Source of the DNA: Propionibacteriaceae bacterium
GTDB lineage: Bacteria; Actinomycetota; Actinomycetes; Propionibacteriales; Propionibacteriaceae
Assembly (NCBI GenBank): GCA_031256725.1
Contig: JAIRQE010000025.1
Span: 90,001 to 122,000, forward strand
DNA length: 32,000 bases
Direction: 5' to 3'
Positions 24,843 to 32,000 of the stretch are shown here, one piece after another (within the stretch, counting starts at the first letter, position 1; each line of letters starts with the position of its first letter). The notes beneath the pieces were generated by a model. The model worked only from the letters and a program-made list of their open reading frames with translations. It made no database searches and was not told the DNA's origin. The translations under genes were made by a program, and so were the position numbers.

Positions 24843-25196
24843 ATGAAATTAAAGGTGACTGTAAACGATGTCCCGTATGAGGTTGAGGTCGAGATAGAGG
24901 ATACCTATCCCCAACTTCCGATCATCAATATGGCCCAGGTCGGGCTTCCTCCTGTACCGGAGAAGCCTCAGGCTGCTAAGAAGGGCTATGAGATCGTCGC
25001 CCCTCTCGCAGGATCGGTACGTAAGGTCTATGCCACGGTCGATCAAGAGGTTGAAGCTGGCGACGTTGTTGCCATTCTCGAAGCCATGAAAATGGAGACA
25101 GAGATCACCGCACCTGTGGACGGAAAGATCGCCAAGATTCTCGTTGAGAATGGCGCTGCTGTTCAGGGTGGGGATGTCCTCATCGAGATGGCCTAA
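24843..25196 (+). CDS. Methylmalonyl-CoA carboxyltransferase 1.3S biotin carboxyl carrier subunit
   Basis: 117 aa. The N-terminus MKLKVTVNDVPYEVEVE matches my recollection of the Propionibacterium 1.3S subunit. Biotinylation motif LEAMKMETEI. Confidence 0.9.
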   Translation: MKLKVTVNDVPYEVEVEIEDTYPQLPIINMAQVGLPPVPEKPQAAKKGYEIVAPLAGSVRKVYATVDQEVEAGDVVAILEAMKMETEITAPVDGKIAKILVENGAAVQGGDVLIEMA

Positions 25197-25213
25197 TTGT
25201 GTGTGTTCGTAGG

Positions 25214-25245
25214 CCCAGACTGTTCACATCCTTGTGCAGTCTGGG
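25214..25245 (+). terminator. Hairpin after the carboxyltransferase operon (no T-tract)
   Basis: CCCAGACTG (25214-25222) pairs with CAGTCTGGG (25237-25245): a 9-bp perfect stem with a 14-nt loop. Confidence 0.35.
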
Positions 25246-25272
25246 TGTACGACTACAGCGAGGGACCCACCA

Positions 25273-26406
25273 ATGAGCGTATGGGATTCCCTCATCGGTC
25301 AGCCGAATGCCGTCTCAACCCTACAGAGGGCTGTTGAGGGTACCTCTCATGCCATGACCCATGCATGGCTGTTCACTGGCCCACCCGGTTCGGGTAGGTC
25401 TGTCGCTGCCCGCGGGTTTGCTGCCGCCCTCCAATGCGAGTCCGGCGGCTGTGGGCAATGCAGGGCGTGTACCACTTCTTTGGCTGGGTCACACCCCGAC
25501 GTGACAGTTGTGCGTACCGAAAAGTTAAGCATCGGTATAGAAGAGGTACGAGACCTGGTACGCCGGGCAGCTATGAGTCCCACTATGGGCAGATGGCAGA
25601 CGATTATTATCGAGGACTCTGACAGGATCACTGAGAGGGGCGCAAACGCCCTCCTCAAAGGGATTGAGGAGCCTGGCGCAAAAACGGTGTGGATGTTGTG
25701 TACCCCCACGGCGAATGATGTGGTTGCCACAGTACGTTCACGGTGTCGCCAAGTGAGTTTGGTGACCCCCAGCCAGGAAGCCGTGACCACCATCCTTATG
25801 GGTGAGGGGATCCCAGAATCCAAGGCCCGATTTGCAGCCCGTGTCTGCCAGGGCCACATCGGACGTGCGAGAGCCGTAGCCACCAACCCTGATGTTGCTG
25901 TACGACGTAAAGAGATCCTGGACATACCAGGCAAGCTTCAAAACCTGGGTGGATGTTTGGAGGCTGCCTCCTGGGCGATCTCCACGGCCCAGGATGAGGC
26001 CAGCGGGGCCACTAAACAACTTGATGCCGAAGAGAAGGAACAACTGTCCACAGTCTTGGGAATCGTGAAAGGCAAACCCCTGCCTCGGGGTGCCGCTGGG
26101 CCGATGAAAGAGCTTGAGGAACAGCAGGGGTTGCGAGCCAAGAGACTTGTGAGGGACCGACTGGATTCGATCCTCTTGGAGTTGACAGGGTACTACCGTG
26201 ATGTGCTTATGGTACAAACCGGAAACAGCGAGAACCTGGTCAACACTGACTATCGCAAAGCCATTGAGAAGACGGCTTCACAATCAGGGCCAGAAATGAC
26301 CATCCGTAGGATTGATGCAATATCAGATTGCGGGCTGGCTTTGGCAAGAAATGTTGCCCCACTACTGGCTTTTGAGGCGATGTTGGTCTCCCTAAGCTCA
26401 CTGTGA
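25273..26406 (+). CDS. holB: DNA polymerase III subunit delta'
   Basis: Start at MSVWDSLIGQ. Contains GPPGSGRS, the zinc module CESGGCGQCRAC and the SRC motif VRSRCRQV. Confidence 0.85.
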   Translation: MSVWDSLIGQPNAVSTLQRAVEGTSHAMTHAWLFTGPPGSGRSVAARGFAAALQCESGGCGQCRACTTSLAGSHPDVTVVRTEKLSIGIEEVRDLVRRAAMSPTMGRWQTIIIEDSDRITERGANALLKGIEEPGAKTVWMLCTPTANDVVATVRSRCRQVSLVTPSQEAVTTILMGEGIPESKARFAARVCQGHIGRARAVATNPDVAVRRKEILDIPGKLQNLGGCLEAASWAISTAQDEASGATKQLDAEEKEQLSTVLGIVKGKPLPRGAAGPMKELEEQQGLRAKRLVRDRLDSILLELTGYYRDVLMVQTGNSENLVNTDYRKAIEKTASQSGPEMTIRRIDAISDCGLALARNVAPLLAFEAMLVSLSSL

Positions 26407-26526
26407 GTAGACCACGGGATTTCTGGCGTGTCGCGCGTTGTCCCCCAACTGAGCGTGACACGATGTATCTACCAGAGGTGGGTTCATGGCTGGGCTGCTT
26501 GTGGTATTCGAGGAAAGGGAGAAAGA

Positions 26527-27690
26527 ATGACTGAGGATTTGTTGGGTGACTGGCCTGGGCGCCGTAAGGATAGGGCACGCAAGGATGCCGCCGAGGAAAG
26601 CGTTGAGGACCAATCAGCCGAGAAGATCCCGGATATCGTGGATCTCATTGAGAAGCCCGTGGAGCAGACTCGTCCTGTGGCCGAGCGGGCGGTGTTCGTA
26701 CAATCCCTAGTCCCGCCTACTCCAACACCACTAACACCACCGGATGCGGAACCTGTCCCTTTGACGCCACCAGAGGGTGTACCGCGCCGATCCTGGAGTA
26801 CGGCTGCTGAGGTCGCCACAGGTACCACACCAGAACCTACAGGTTCTGAAGTTGTCGTGGATAAGGAACCAGAAGAGGTACACACTGAGGCCTTGGAGGA
26901 GGTACCCTCCTCAACCGCAGAATCCAGCATTCCAGTTGAAGGGTCTGTGTTTGAGGCCCCAACCATACCTGAGGGTACTATCGACTTGACTGGCGAGACG
27001 CCAGTATGGGGGACGGTTGCCACCCCATTAGCACCGGCACCAGAATCACTATATCAAGAGCCGGGTATTGGGGAACCCGTCCAGGGAATTGTTGAGGTAG
27101 ATCAATTGAGTCAAGACCAGCACACTATCATCATGGCTGATGAGAACATCGACAGGAGGGCTGCGAGAGCCCGAGCCTTAGGGGAGGTTGATCCTGGTGC
27201 CGATGTCGTTGCTGCCCCCAACTATTTGCAACCACCAGCGATGTACAGGCCGTGGCCCAGTTTCATTCTGTTCGTAGTACGACTGGTTGTGGCGACAATT
27301 CTGACGATTCGAGCCACCCAAGAGTTGATGAACCTCACCCAGATCAAGGCGTTGTGGGAAAACTCCCTTCTGGCCTATCCAGAGATTTGGACCCTGTCTA
27401 CCATCGTGGTCAAGTACATCATTGCTGTACTCCTTTTGCTGGGGCTCGCCTCCCGGGCAGCCGGTTTGGCACTAGCCACACTGTTCATCATCGTACTGTC
27501 CTTTCTTGTCTGGGGTGCTGTGAATCCTTTTACCTCCGGGGTCATCGGATTCGATGGGGAACTGGAGGTACTCATGGTACTTCTGGGTCTCGTATTCGCT
27601 GGTGTCGGTGGTGGAAGTGCTGCCATCGATGGTGCGATTCATAAGGCCCGTCTGGAGCGCAAGAACGCTCGGCTTGGGCAAGAAGGATAG
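26527..27690 (+). CDS. Protein with a long acidic Pro-rich N-terminal region and a C-terminal DoxX-like 4-TM domain
   Basis: Start chosen at MTEDLLGD (GGGAG-rich RBS). Low-complexity TPTPLTPPDAEPVPLTPPEGVP. The C-terminal hydrophobic segments FILFVVRLVVATILTI, IIAVLLLLGLASRAAGLALATLFIIVLSFLVW and VLMVLLGLVFAGVGGG are DoxX-like. Confidence 0.55.
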   Translation: MTEDLLGDWPGRRKDRARKDAAEESVEDQSAEKIPDIVDLIEKPVEQTRPVAERAVFVQSLVPPTPTPLTPPDAEPVPLTPPEGVPRRSWSTAAEVATGTTPEPTGSEVVVDKEPEEVHTEALEEVPSSTAESSIPVEGSVFEAPTIPEGTIDLTGETPVWGTVATPLAPAPESLYQEPGIGEPVQGIVEVDQLSQDQHTIIMADENIDRRAARARALGEVDPGADVVAAPNYLQPPAMYRPWPSFILFVVRLVVATILTIRATQELMNLTQIKALWENSLLAYPEIWTLSTIVVKYIIAVLLLLGLASRAAGLALATLFIIVLSFLVWGAVNPFTSGVIGFDGELEVLMVLLGLVFAGVGGGSAAIDGAIHKARLERKNARLGQEG

Positions 27691-28033
27691 TCCGCTGCAT
27701 ACACGTGCGTTTACGAAAGCGCATCAGCGTGGCAATGCAGTTCGTAAGTTCACAAATCACAGTTGTTTTGAGTACCCCCTATGATGCTTGAGAAGTTTAG
27801 TCGCTTGTGAGGGAAGAAATAGGGGCCAAAGTACTCAATTCTCCAATGAGCAAAGAATCAGGGTGCGGATTGCGAAGTTTGGGTGAACGCAGTGAAGGAA
27901 CACCCCAAGGAGTCCGCAACCCACCACGAACAAGGAAGCCAAACAAGGACGAAACTACATACCCAGTCATGAAGATGATAATGTCTAGGATAAGCCCACA
28001 TAAGGTGGACGTTTATGTCGAAGGAGCCATTTC

Positions 28034-29023
28034 ATGACCAAACCTCCTATCAAGGTCGCCGTCACCGGTGCGGCCGGTCAAATCTGCTATAGCCTACTTT
28101 TCCGCCTCGCAACCGGTTCCCTCTTGGGCCCGGATCAGCCCATCGAACTGCGCCTGCTGGAAATCACTCCCGCATTGCCCGCCCTTGAAGGTGTGGTCAT
28201 GGAGCTTGATGACTGTGCATCTCCGCTGCTCGCTGGTATTGAAATCGGCGATGATCCCTATAAGATTTTTGACGGTGTCAACGTGGCATTGCTGGTGGGT
28301 GCCCGCCCACGTACTGCTGGTATGGAGCGCAATGATCTGCTCAGCGCCAATGGTGAGATCTTCACCAAGCAGGGCAAGGCTCTCAATGATGTTGCTGCCT
28401 GTGATGTTCGCATCTGCGTAACTGGCAACCCCGCCAACACAAATGCACTGATCGCGATGAGGAATGCCCCAGACATCCCCGCTACTCAATTTTCGGCACT
28501 GACACGTCTGGATCACAACCGTGCGATGTCTCAGCTCGCCAAGAAGCTCGGTGTCGCTGTTGGTGACATCCGGAAGATGACGATTTGGGGTAACCATTCC
28601 TCCACCCAATTCCCGGATATCTACCATGCTGAGGTTGCTGGGAAGAATGCCGCCGATCTGGTTGGCGATCAGGCGTGGATCGAGTCGGAGTTCATCCCGA
28701 CTGTCGCCCAGCGTGGTGCCGCCATCATCGCTGCCCGTGGAGCCTCGTCTGCCGCTTCGGCTGCCAATGCCACCATTGAGCACACCCGCGATTGGTTGCT
28801 GGGTACCCCTGCTGGGGATTGGACCTCGATGGCCGTCGTCTCCGATGGTTCCTATGGTGTACCCGAGGGTCTCATCTCATCCTTCCCAGTCACCACCAAG
28901 GACGGGGGGTATTCGATCGTTCAGGGTCTCGACTTGGATGAGTTCTCCCGCGCCAAGATCGACGCCTCCGTGGCCGAGCTCGAAGGCGAAAGGGATGCCG
29001 TACAATCCTTGGGTCTCATCTGA
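28034..29023 (+). CDS. mdh: Malate dehydrogenase (NAD-dependent, LDH-like MDH family)
   Basis: 329 aa. Motifs [34 protein letters not shown] and [19 protein letters not shown]. Confidence 0.92.
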   Translation: MTKPPIKVAVTGAAGQICYSLLFRLATGSLLGPDQPIELRLLEITPALPALEGVVMELDDCASPLLAGIEIGDDPYKIFDGVNVALLVGARPRTAGMERNDLLSANGEIFTKQGKALNDVAACDVRICVTGNPANTNALIAMRNAPDIPATQFSALTRLDHNRAMSQLAKKLGVAVGDIRKMTIWGNHSSTQFPDIYHAEVAGKNAADLVGDQAWIESEFIPTVAQRGAAIIAARGASSAASAANATIEHTRDWLLGTPAGDWTSMAVVSDGSYGVPEGLISSFPVTTKDGGYSIVQGLDLDEFSRAKIDASVAELEGERDAVQSLGLI

Positions 29024-29044
29024 GCTAGTTTATTTTCAGTACGC

Positions 29045-29073
29045 AGGGCAGTCGGTAGTACCGGCTGCCCTTT
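29045..29073 (+). terminator. Terminator hairpin after mdh
   Basis: AGGGCAGTCGG-TAGTA-CCGGCTGCCCT (11-bp stem including one G-U pair) followed by TT. Confidence 0.55.
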
Positions 29074-29106
29074 ACCTGAGTATCGTCGCCTTCTCAACAA
29101 AGAAGC

Positions 29107-29143
29107 ATGTATCATTACAGTATTAATGTATCAATACAATATT
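29107..29143 (+). repeat. Imperfect 18-bp direct repeat with 19-bp period in a very AT-rich promoter-like region
   Basis: ATGTATCATTACAGTATT (29107-29124) and ATGTATCAATACAATATT (29126-29143) are 16/18 identical. Local GC is about 23% over 29101-29160 (hand count). Confidence 0.6.
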
Positions 29144-29197
29144 AGTTGATATTGTTTTCTGGATTTAATAGCTTCTGCAAAAAGGGGTGGGTATGCC

Positions 29198-29332
29198 ATG
29201 CTTTCCAAGACGCATATATTTGCAATGACACTTTTACTATCTGTTTTCTTTTTGGGTGGAATGCCACGAAGTAGTGCACTCCAGGCTGAAGCTGCTGCGG
29301 TGGACTGCTATCTTTCCTATGACTACATATAA
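29198..29332 (+). CDS. Candidate secreted mini-protein MLSKTHIFAMTLLLSVFFLGGMPRSSALQAEAAAVDCYLSYDYI
   Basis: 44 codons with AAAGGGGTGG upstream. Signal-peptide-like n/h/c regions with a possible ALQA|E cleavage site. Its end overlaps the next gene's ATG by 14 nt. Too short to appear in the ORF track. Confidence 0.3.
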   Translation: MLSKTHIFAMTLLLSVFFLGGMPRSSALQAEAAAVDCYLSYDYI

Positions 29333-30221
29333 AGCCATCCTCAAAATCTCTACCGTGGGTAAGTTGTTGTCTGCAACGATTATATTGGCGATGTTGTGCT
29401 CATGCTCCGCACCTACGAAGAGTCCGCCTTCTCCTACGTTGGACGACTTGTCAGGTGTACCAGGAGAGGCGGTACTAGATTGGCAGGAAGCATCTATTGT
29501 ATTCCCAGTAGATCGATATGGGATGTCTTTAGTTGAGACTTTGTATGTAGAGGCGGCTTGGAGTCTAGAGTTTGCCAGATGTACCCACAATACTGACAAG
29601 TACCCATTACAAGCTATAGAAGAAGCTGTCCGTCATATCAAAGGTGTGCCTGTGGTTCATCATTGGCGCTTTGCTTGGTGGAATGCCAGCTATATCGCTC
29701 AGTATGGTTTCCTAGGAGAACCAGAGACCCCAGTTCAGTGGATGGTGGATGGAGTATCGGATGAGATTATTCTCGAATGCGTAAACCAAACACGGGACAA
29801 GGGCTTCCGAGTTATTGCCTCGGGGTACATGGATGATCCAGAGAGTTCCTTACTTACGCAGGTTGATGGTGAGTCCATGGATCGAACCGTAGTTGATCCC
29901 GACTACTTGAATCTGCGTGACCGATTGCGCTCATGTCTGAGTGAGGCAGGTTATGCTGTGTATTCCACAGAGCCTGGTTCTGAGTGGAATTCTGTCAAAG
30001 TCGAAAACGATTGGTCAGAGGAAAAAGTGACTCAGTCCGCCTTGGCAGAAGCAGTTTGCGCTGACAATATGGAGTACACCCAGCAAGTGGCAAATATAGC
30101 TGCAAAATATCAACAGGAATTGATCCGCTTCCGCGAAGCTGAGTTTATTGAAGTGAAAAAGGTCTCTGAGGAGCGAGTGAAAATGGCAATGGAAGTCTTA
30201 CGTAGATCTAGGGTTCTATAA
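29319..30221 (+). CDS. Putative lipoprotein of unknown function
   Basis: Start chosen at MTTYKAILKISTVGKLLSATIILAMLCSCSAP (signal peptide with lipobox-like LCSC). I recognise no family. GC is lower than in neighbouring genes by hand counts of several 60-nt lines (40-57%). Confidence 0.6.
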   Translation: MTTYKAILKISTVGKLLSATIILAMLCSCSAPTKSPPSPTLDDLSGVPGEAVLDWQEASIVFPVDRYGMSLVETLYVEAAWSLEFARCTHNTDKYPLQAIEEAVRHIKGVPVVHHWRFAWWNASYIAQYGFLGEPETPVQWMVDGVSDEIILECVNQTRDKGFRVIASGYMDDPESSLLTQVDGESMDRTVVDPDYLNLRDRLRSCLSEAGYAVYSTEPGSEWNSVKVENDWSEEKVTQSALAEAVCADNMEYTQQVANIAAKYQQELIRFREAEFIEVKKVSEERVKMAMEVLRRSRVL

Positions 30222-30290
30222 TCTCACTTCTCAGAATGTTCTTTACGAGCCTTTAGGAAGAATCAGGGATCGTACTATATCCTTACTCAG

Positions 30291-30968
30291 GTGACTCTTG
30301 CCGCATTAACTCCACTTCTTCTGCCTGAATGGCTTGACCCCGAATTCATTATCACATCCTTGGGCAACTGGGCCCTGTGGGGTGTGGCACTCATCATCTT
30401 CGTTGAGTGCGCGATTTTCCCCGTACTTCCTGGTGACTCTCTACTCTTCGCGGTGGGGATGTTCACCGCTCTGGGTACGATCACCTTCGGTGGAACAGCC
30501 ACGACCTTCCTCACGATCTTCGTGGTACTCATCATTGCTGCAGTGGGCGGCAACCTCACCGGCTATTGGGTCGGCCATCTCATCGGCCCACCCCTGTTCA
30601 AGGAACGTACCGGCTTCTGGGGCAAGGTTTTCGACCCCAAGTACATCGCTAAGACCCACGAGTTTTTCGAGAAGTACGGCGCCCGCGCACTCATCCTGGC
30701 CCGATTCGTACCACTGGTGCGAACCTTCGTAACACTCATCGCAGGGATCTCCAAGATGAGCTTTCGCAAGTTCATCTCCTACACTGCGATCGGCGGCGTC
30801 ATCTGGGTTGTACTCATCACCACCGCCGGCTATTTCCTTGGTACGATCCCTATCATCAAAGACAATTTCGAACTAGCTTGCATCATCATCGTCGTGGTTT
30901 CCGTACTCCCCATGGTCTGGGAGTACATCAAGGCCCGTCGTACCTCATCAAAAAGCTATCAAGCATAA
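30291..30968 (+). CDS. DedA family (VTT domain) membrane protein
   Basis: GTG start. Motifs FVECAIFPVLPGDSLLFAVG, KYGARALILARFVPLVRTFVTLIAG. Confidence 0.85.
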   Translation: MTLAALTPLLLPEWLDPEFIITSLGNWALWGVALIIFVECAIFPVLPGDSLLFAVGMFTALGTITFGGTATTFLTIFVVLIIAAVGGNLTGYWVGHLIGPPLFKERTGFWGKVFDPKYIAKTHEFFEKYGARALILARFVPLVRTFVTLIAGISKMSFRKFISYTAIGGVIWVVLITTAGYFLGTIPIIKDNFELACIIIVVVSVLPMVWEYIKARRTSSKSYQA

Positions 30969-31209
30969 TTCTTCCTGCGTTATCTTGCCGTATGAGAAGA
31001 ACAGTACTTGTTGATAATGCTTGAGTTGTCTCCACCGACAACATTCATGGCGTTGCCACAGGGACCGTGCCCGATCAGATCCATGTCATGTACGCAGCAA
31101 CTTTCGAGACGAATATTTTAGAGACAGTATCACGATGAATGAGGATTATTGGGTGTATCTTTAGTACTCATTTGGGCTGGTGGCTTATGCTTGTTCTGAA
31201 GGAGGAATC

Positions 31210-31485
31210 ATGCCCCGAATCCAATTAGCGCTTCCCCCGGATAAGGCTCCTGGAGTTTTTGCGGACTTTGTACGAGCTTGGCACACGAAGGATTGCTTTA
31301 TCCTTGACTTTTCCGGGTATACCGAGCCGCCTGTACGCGATGAGGAAGCCGATGACATTGTCCAGCAGTCCACGGTGGTTTCACGGGTACGGATTCCCCC
31401 TGCCCAGGTTTATGAACTCATGAAGGCGCTCAACCAACAGTTGTCAGCCTGGGAGGGCGAGATGAAGCCCACCCAGGAACCCTGA
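31210..31485 (+). CDS. DUF3467-like small protein
   Basis: Start at MPRIQLALPP with a GGAGG RBS. GVFADFVRAWHTKDCFILDF and the C-terminal helical part fit my recollection of DUF3467. Confidence 0.6.
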   Translation: MPRIQLALPPDKAPGVFADFVRAWHTKDCFILDFSGYTEPPVRDEEADDIVQQSTVVSRVRIPPAQVYELMKALNQQLSAWEGEMKPTQEP

Positions 31486-31507
31486 ATCACGGACAAACAT
31501 GGCCTCG

Positions 31508-32000
31508 TTAAGAGACCCTTACCTTGACTGGGCCGAAGGACAGACCTTGACGGTTTCCTGACTGATACTTGGCTATGATCGTGTGATCACCCGGAAGCAG
31601 GGAGAGCGGGCCAAAGTAGTTTCCACCCCCATCAAGCTTGAGTGGCACTGTCTTCGTACCGTCGATCATAACCTGAACATTGGAATTGGGGATACCCTGA
31701 AGACTCAGGTTGATTCCAGATGGTGTACTTGCGACACTCATGGTTGGAGGCGGTGCCAGTTCAAAGGTTGAGGTATACGGGGTCGTATTCGACTTTCCGT
31801 AGGCGGTTACTGTCTGGGTTCCGGAACTCAAACCTGTGAAGGGCCCGGAAACCATCCACGAACCACGAGCATCAGCGGTCACCGTGTAATTCGTGTTACC
31901 GATAGTCACTGTAATCGTGTCACCAGGCTCAGCTGTACCCCTGATAATCGGGAAGTACATCCCTGAAGGACCACCATCAATAGACCCAATGGAGGCTGAA
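31508..32000 (-). CDS. C-terminal part of a secreted/surface protein with bacterial Ig-like domains (5' end lies outside the window)
   Basis: The frame stays open to the window edge. Repeats of the type GTAEPGDTITVTIGNTNYTVTADARGSW and VQVMIDGTKTVPLKLDGGGNY are typical of Big-like domains. Confidence 0.5.
   Translation of the reverse strand, partial: SASIGSIDGGPSGMYFPIIRGTAEPGDTITVTIGNTNYTVTADARGSWMVSGPFTGLSSGTQTVTAYGKSNTTPYTSTFELAPPPTMSVASTPSGINLSLQGIPNSNVQVMIDGTKTVPLKLDGGGNYFGPLSLLPGDHTIIAKYQSGNRQGLSFGPVKVRVS

Noticed and set aside
27846-28037. 63-codon upstream ORF whose TGA overlaps the mdh ATG (ATGA), suggesting a coupled uORF
   Set aside because: There is no SD. The predicted product is highly basic and disordered. 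Third-position GC by hand count is about 42%, lower than I would expect for genes in this window (not counted). It is probably a non-coding leader. The ATGA overlap alone is weak evidence.
28094-28783. Other long antisense or out-of-frame ORFs inside confident genes (for example 28094-28783 in mdh, 22227-22895 in the 5S gene, 25347-25934 in holB, 15320-15862 in the MFS gene, 9772-9987, 11575-12006)
   Set aside because: They lie within genes that have strong family motifs on the other strand or frame. They have no RBS and atypical amino-acid composition. Such ORFs are expected by chance at this GC content.
1-32000. Search for CRISPR arrays, IS elements/transposases, integrases, prophage genes, toxin-antitoxin pairs, restriction-modification or other known defence genes
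   Set aside because: None seen. The only repeats are the 22-bp tandem duplication, the 18-bp direct repeat and the dispersed 34-38 nt element, none with CRISPR-like periodicity. No ORF shows DDE/tyrosine-recombinase/serine-recombinase, methyltransferase or defence-ATPase motifs.

Overview
This is a 32-kb chromosomal segment from a mid-GC actinobacterium (roughly mid-50s % GC by eye). It is probably a propionate fermenter of the Propionibacteriales/Actinomycetales type. Two things support that: a complete methylmalonyl-CoA carboxyltransferase operon (5S, 12S, small ORF, 1.3S biotin carrier beginning MKLKVTVN as I recall for the Propionibacterium enzyme), and mca next to greA as in mycobacteria. 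Gene content is almost entirely housekeeping. It includes an acyl-CoA ligase with an E2-like acyltransferase, tRNA-Leu(CAG), and metY-cysK-cysE. It also includes cyclophilin, a DEDDh/GIY-YIG nuclease, a RecB-like/RNase-H-like nuclease translationally coupled to menG, ung, two MFS transporters, greA, mca, holB, mdh, a DedA protein, a DUF3467 protein, and several hypothetical envelope proteins. I saw no transposase, integrase, phage genes, CRISPR array, toxin-antitoxin pair or recognisable defence system. Six observations merit a second look. (1) A conserved 34-38 nt element occurs in at least three intergenic regions. It can be read either as a structured RNA/DNA motif or as the core (V[FC]G[TI]D[VI]PH[PS]L) of a small-ORF family. 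(2) A probably leaderless sORF ending Met-Cys-Cys-Arg-Met-Leu lies upstream of the sulfur-amino-acid operon and is a candidate attenuator. (3) Two double-nuclease genes flank a CxxC-x6-CxxC mini-ORF. (4) A perfect 22-bp tandem duplication sits in the 404-bp greA-mca divergent region. (5) A lower-GC insert between mdh and dedA carries direct repeats, a signal-peptide mini-ORF and a lipoprotein. (6) GTAC/GGTACC is strongly over-represented in both coding and non-coding DNA. All calls come from reading the sequence and ORF translations by eye; no database search was possible.
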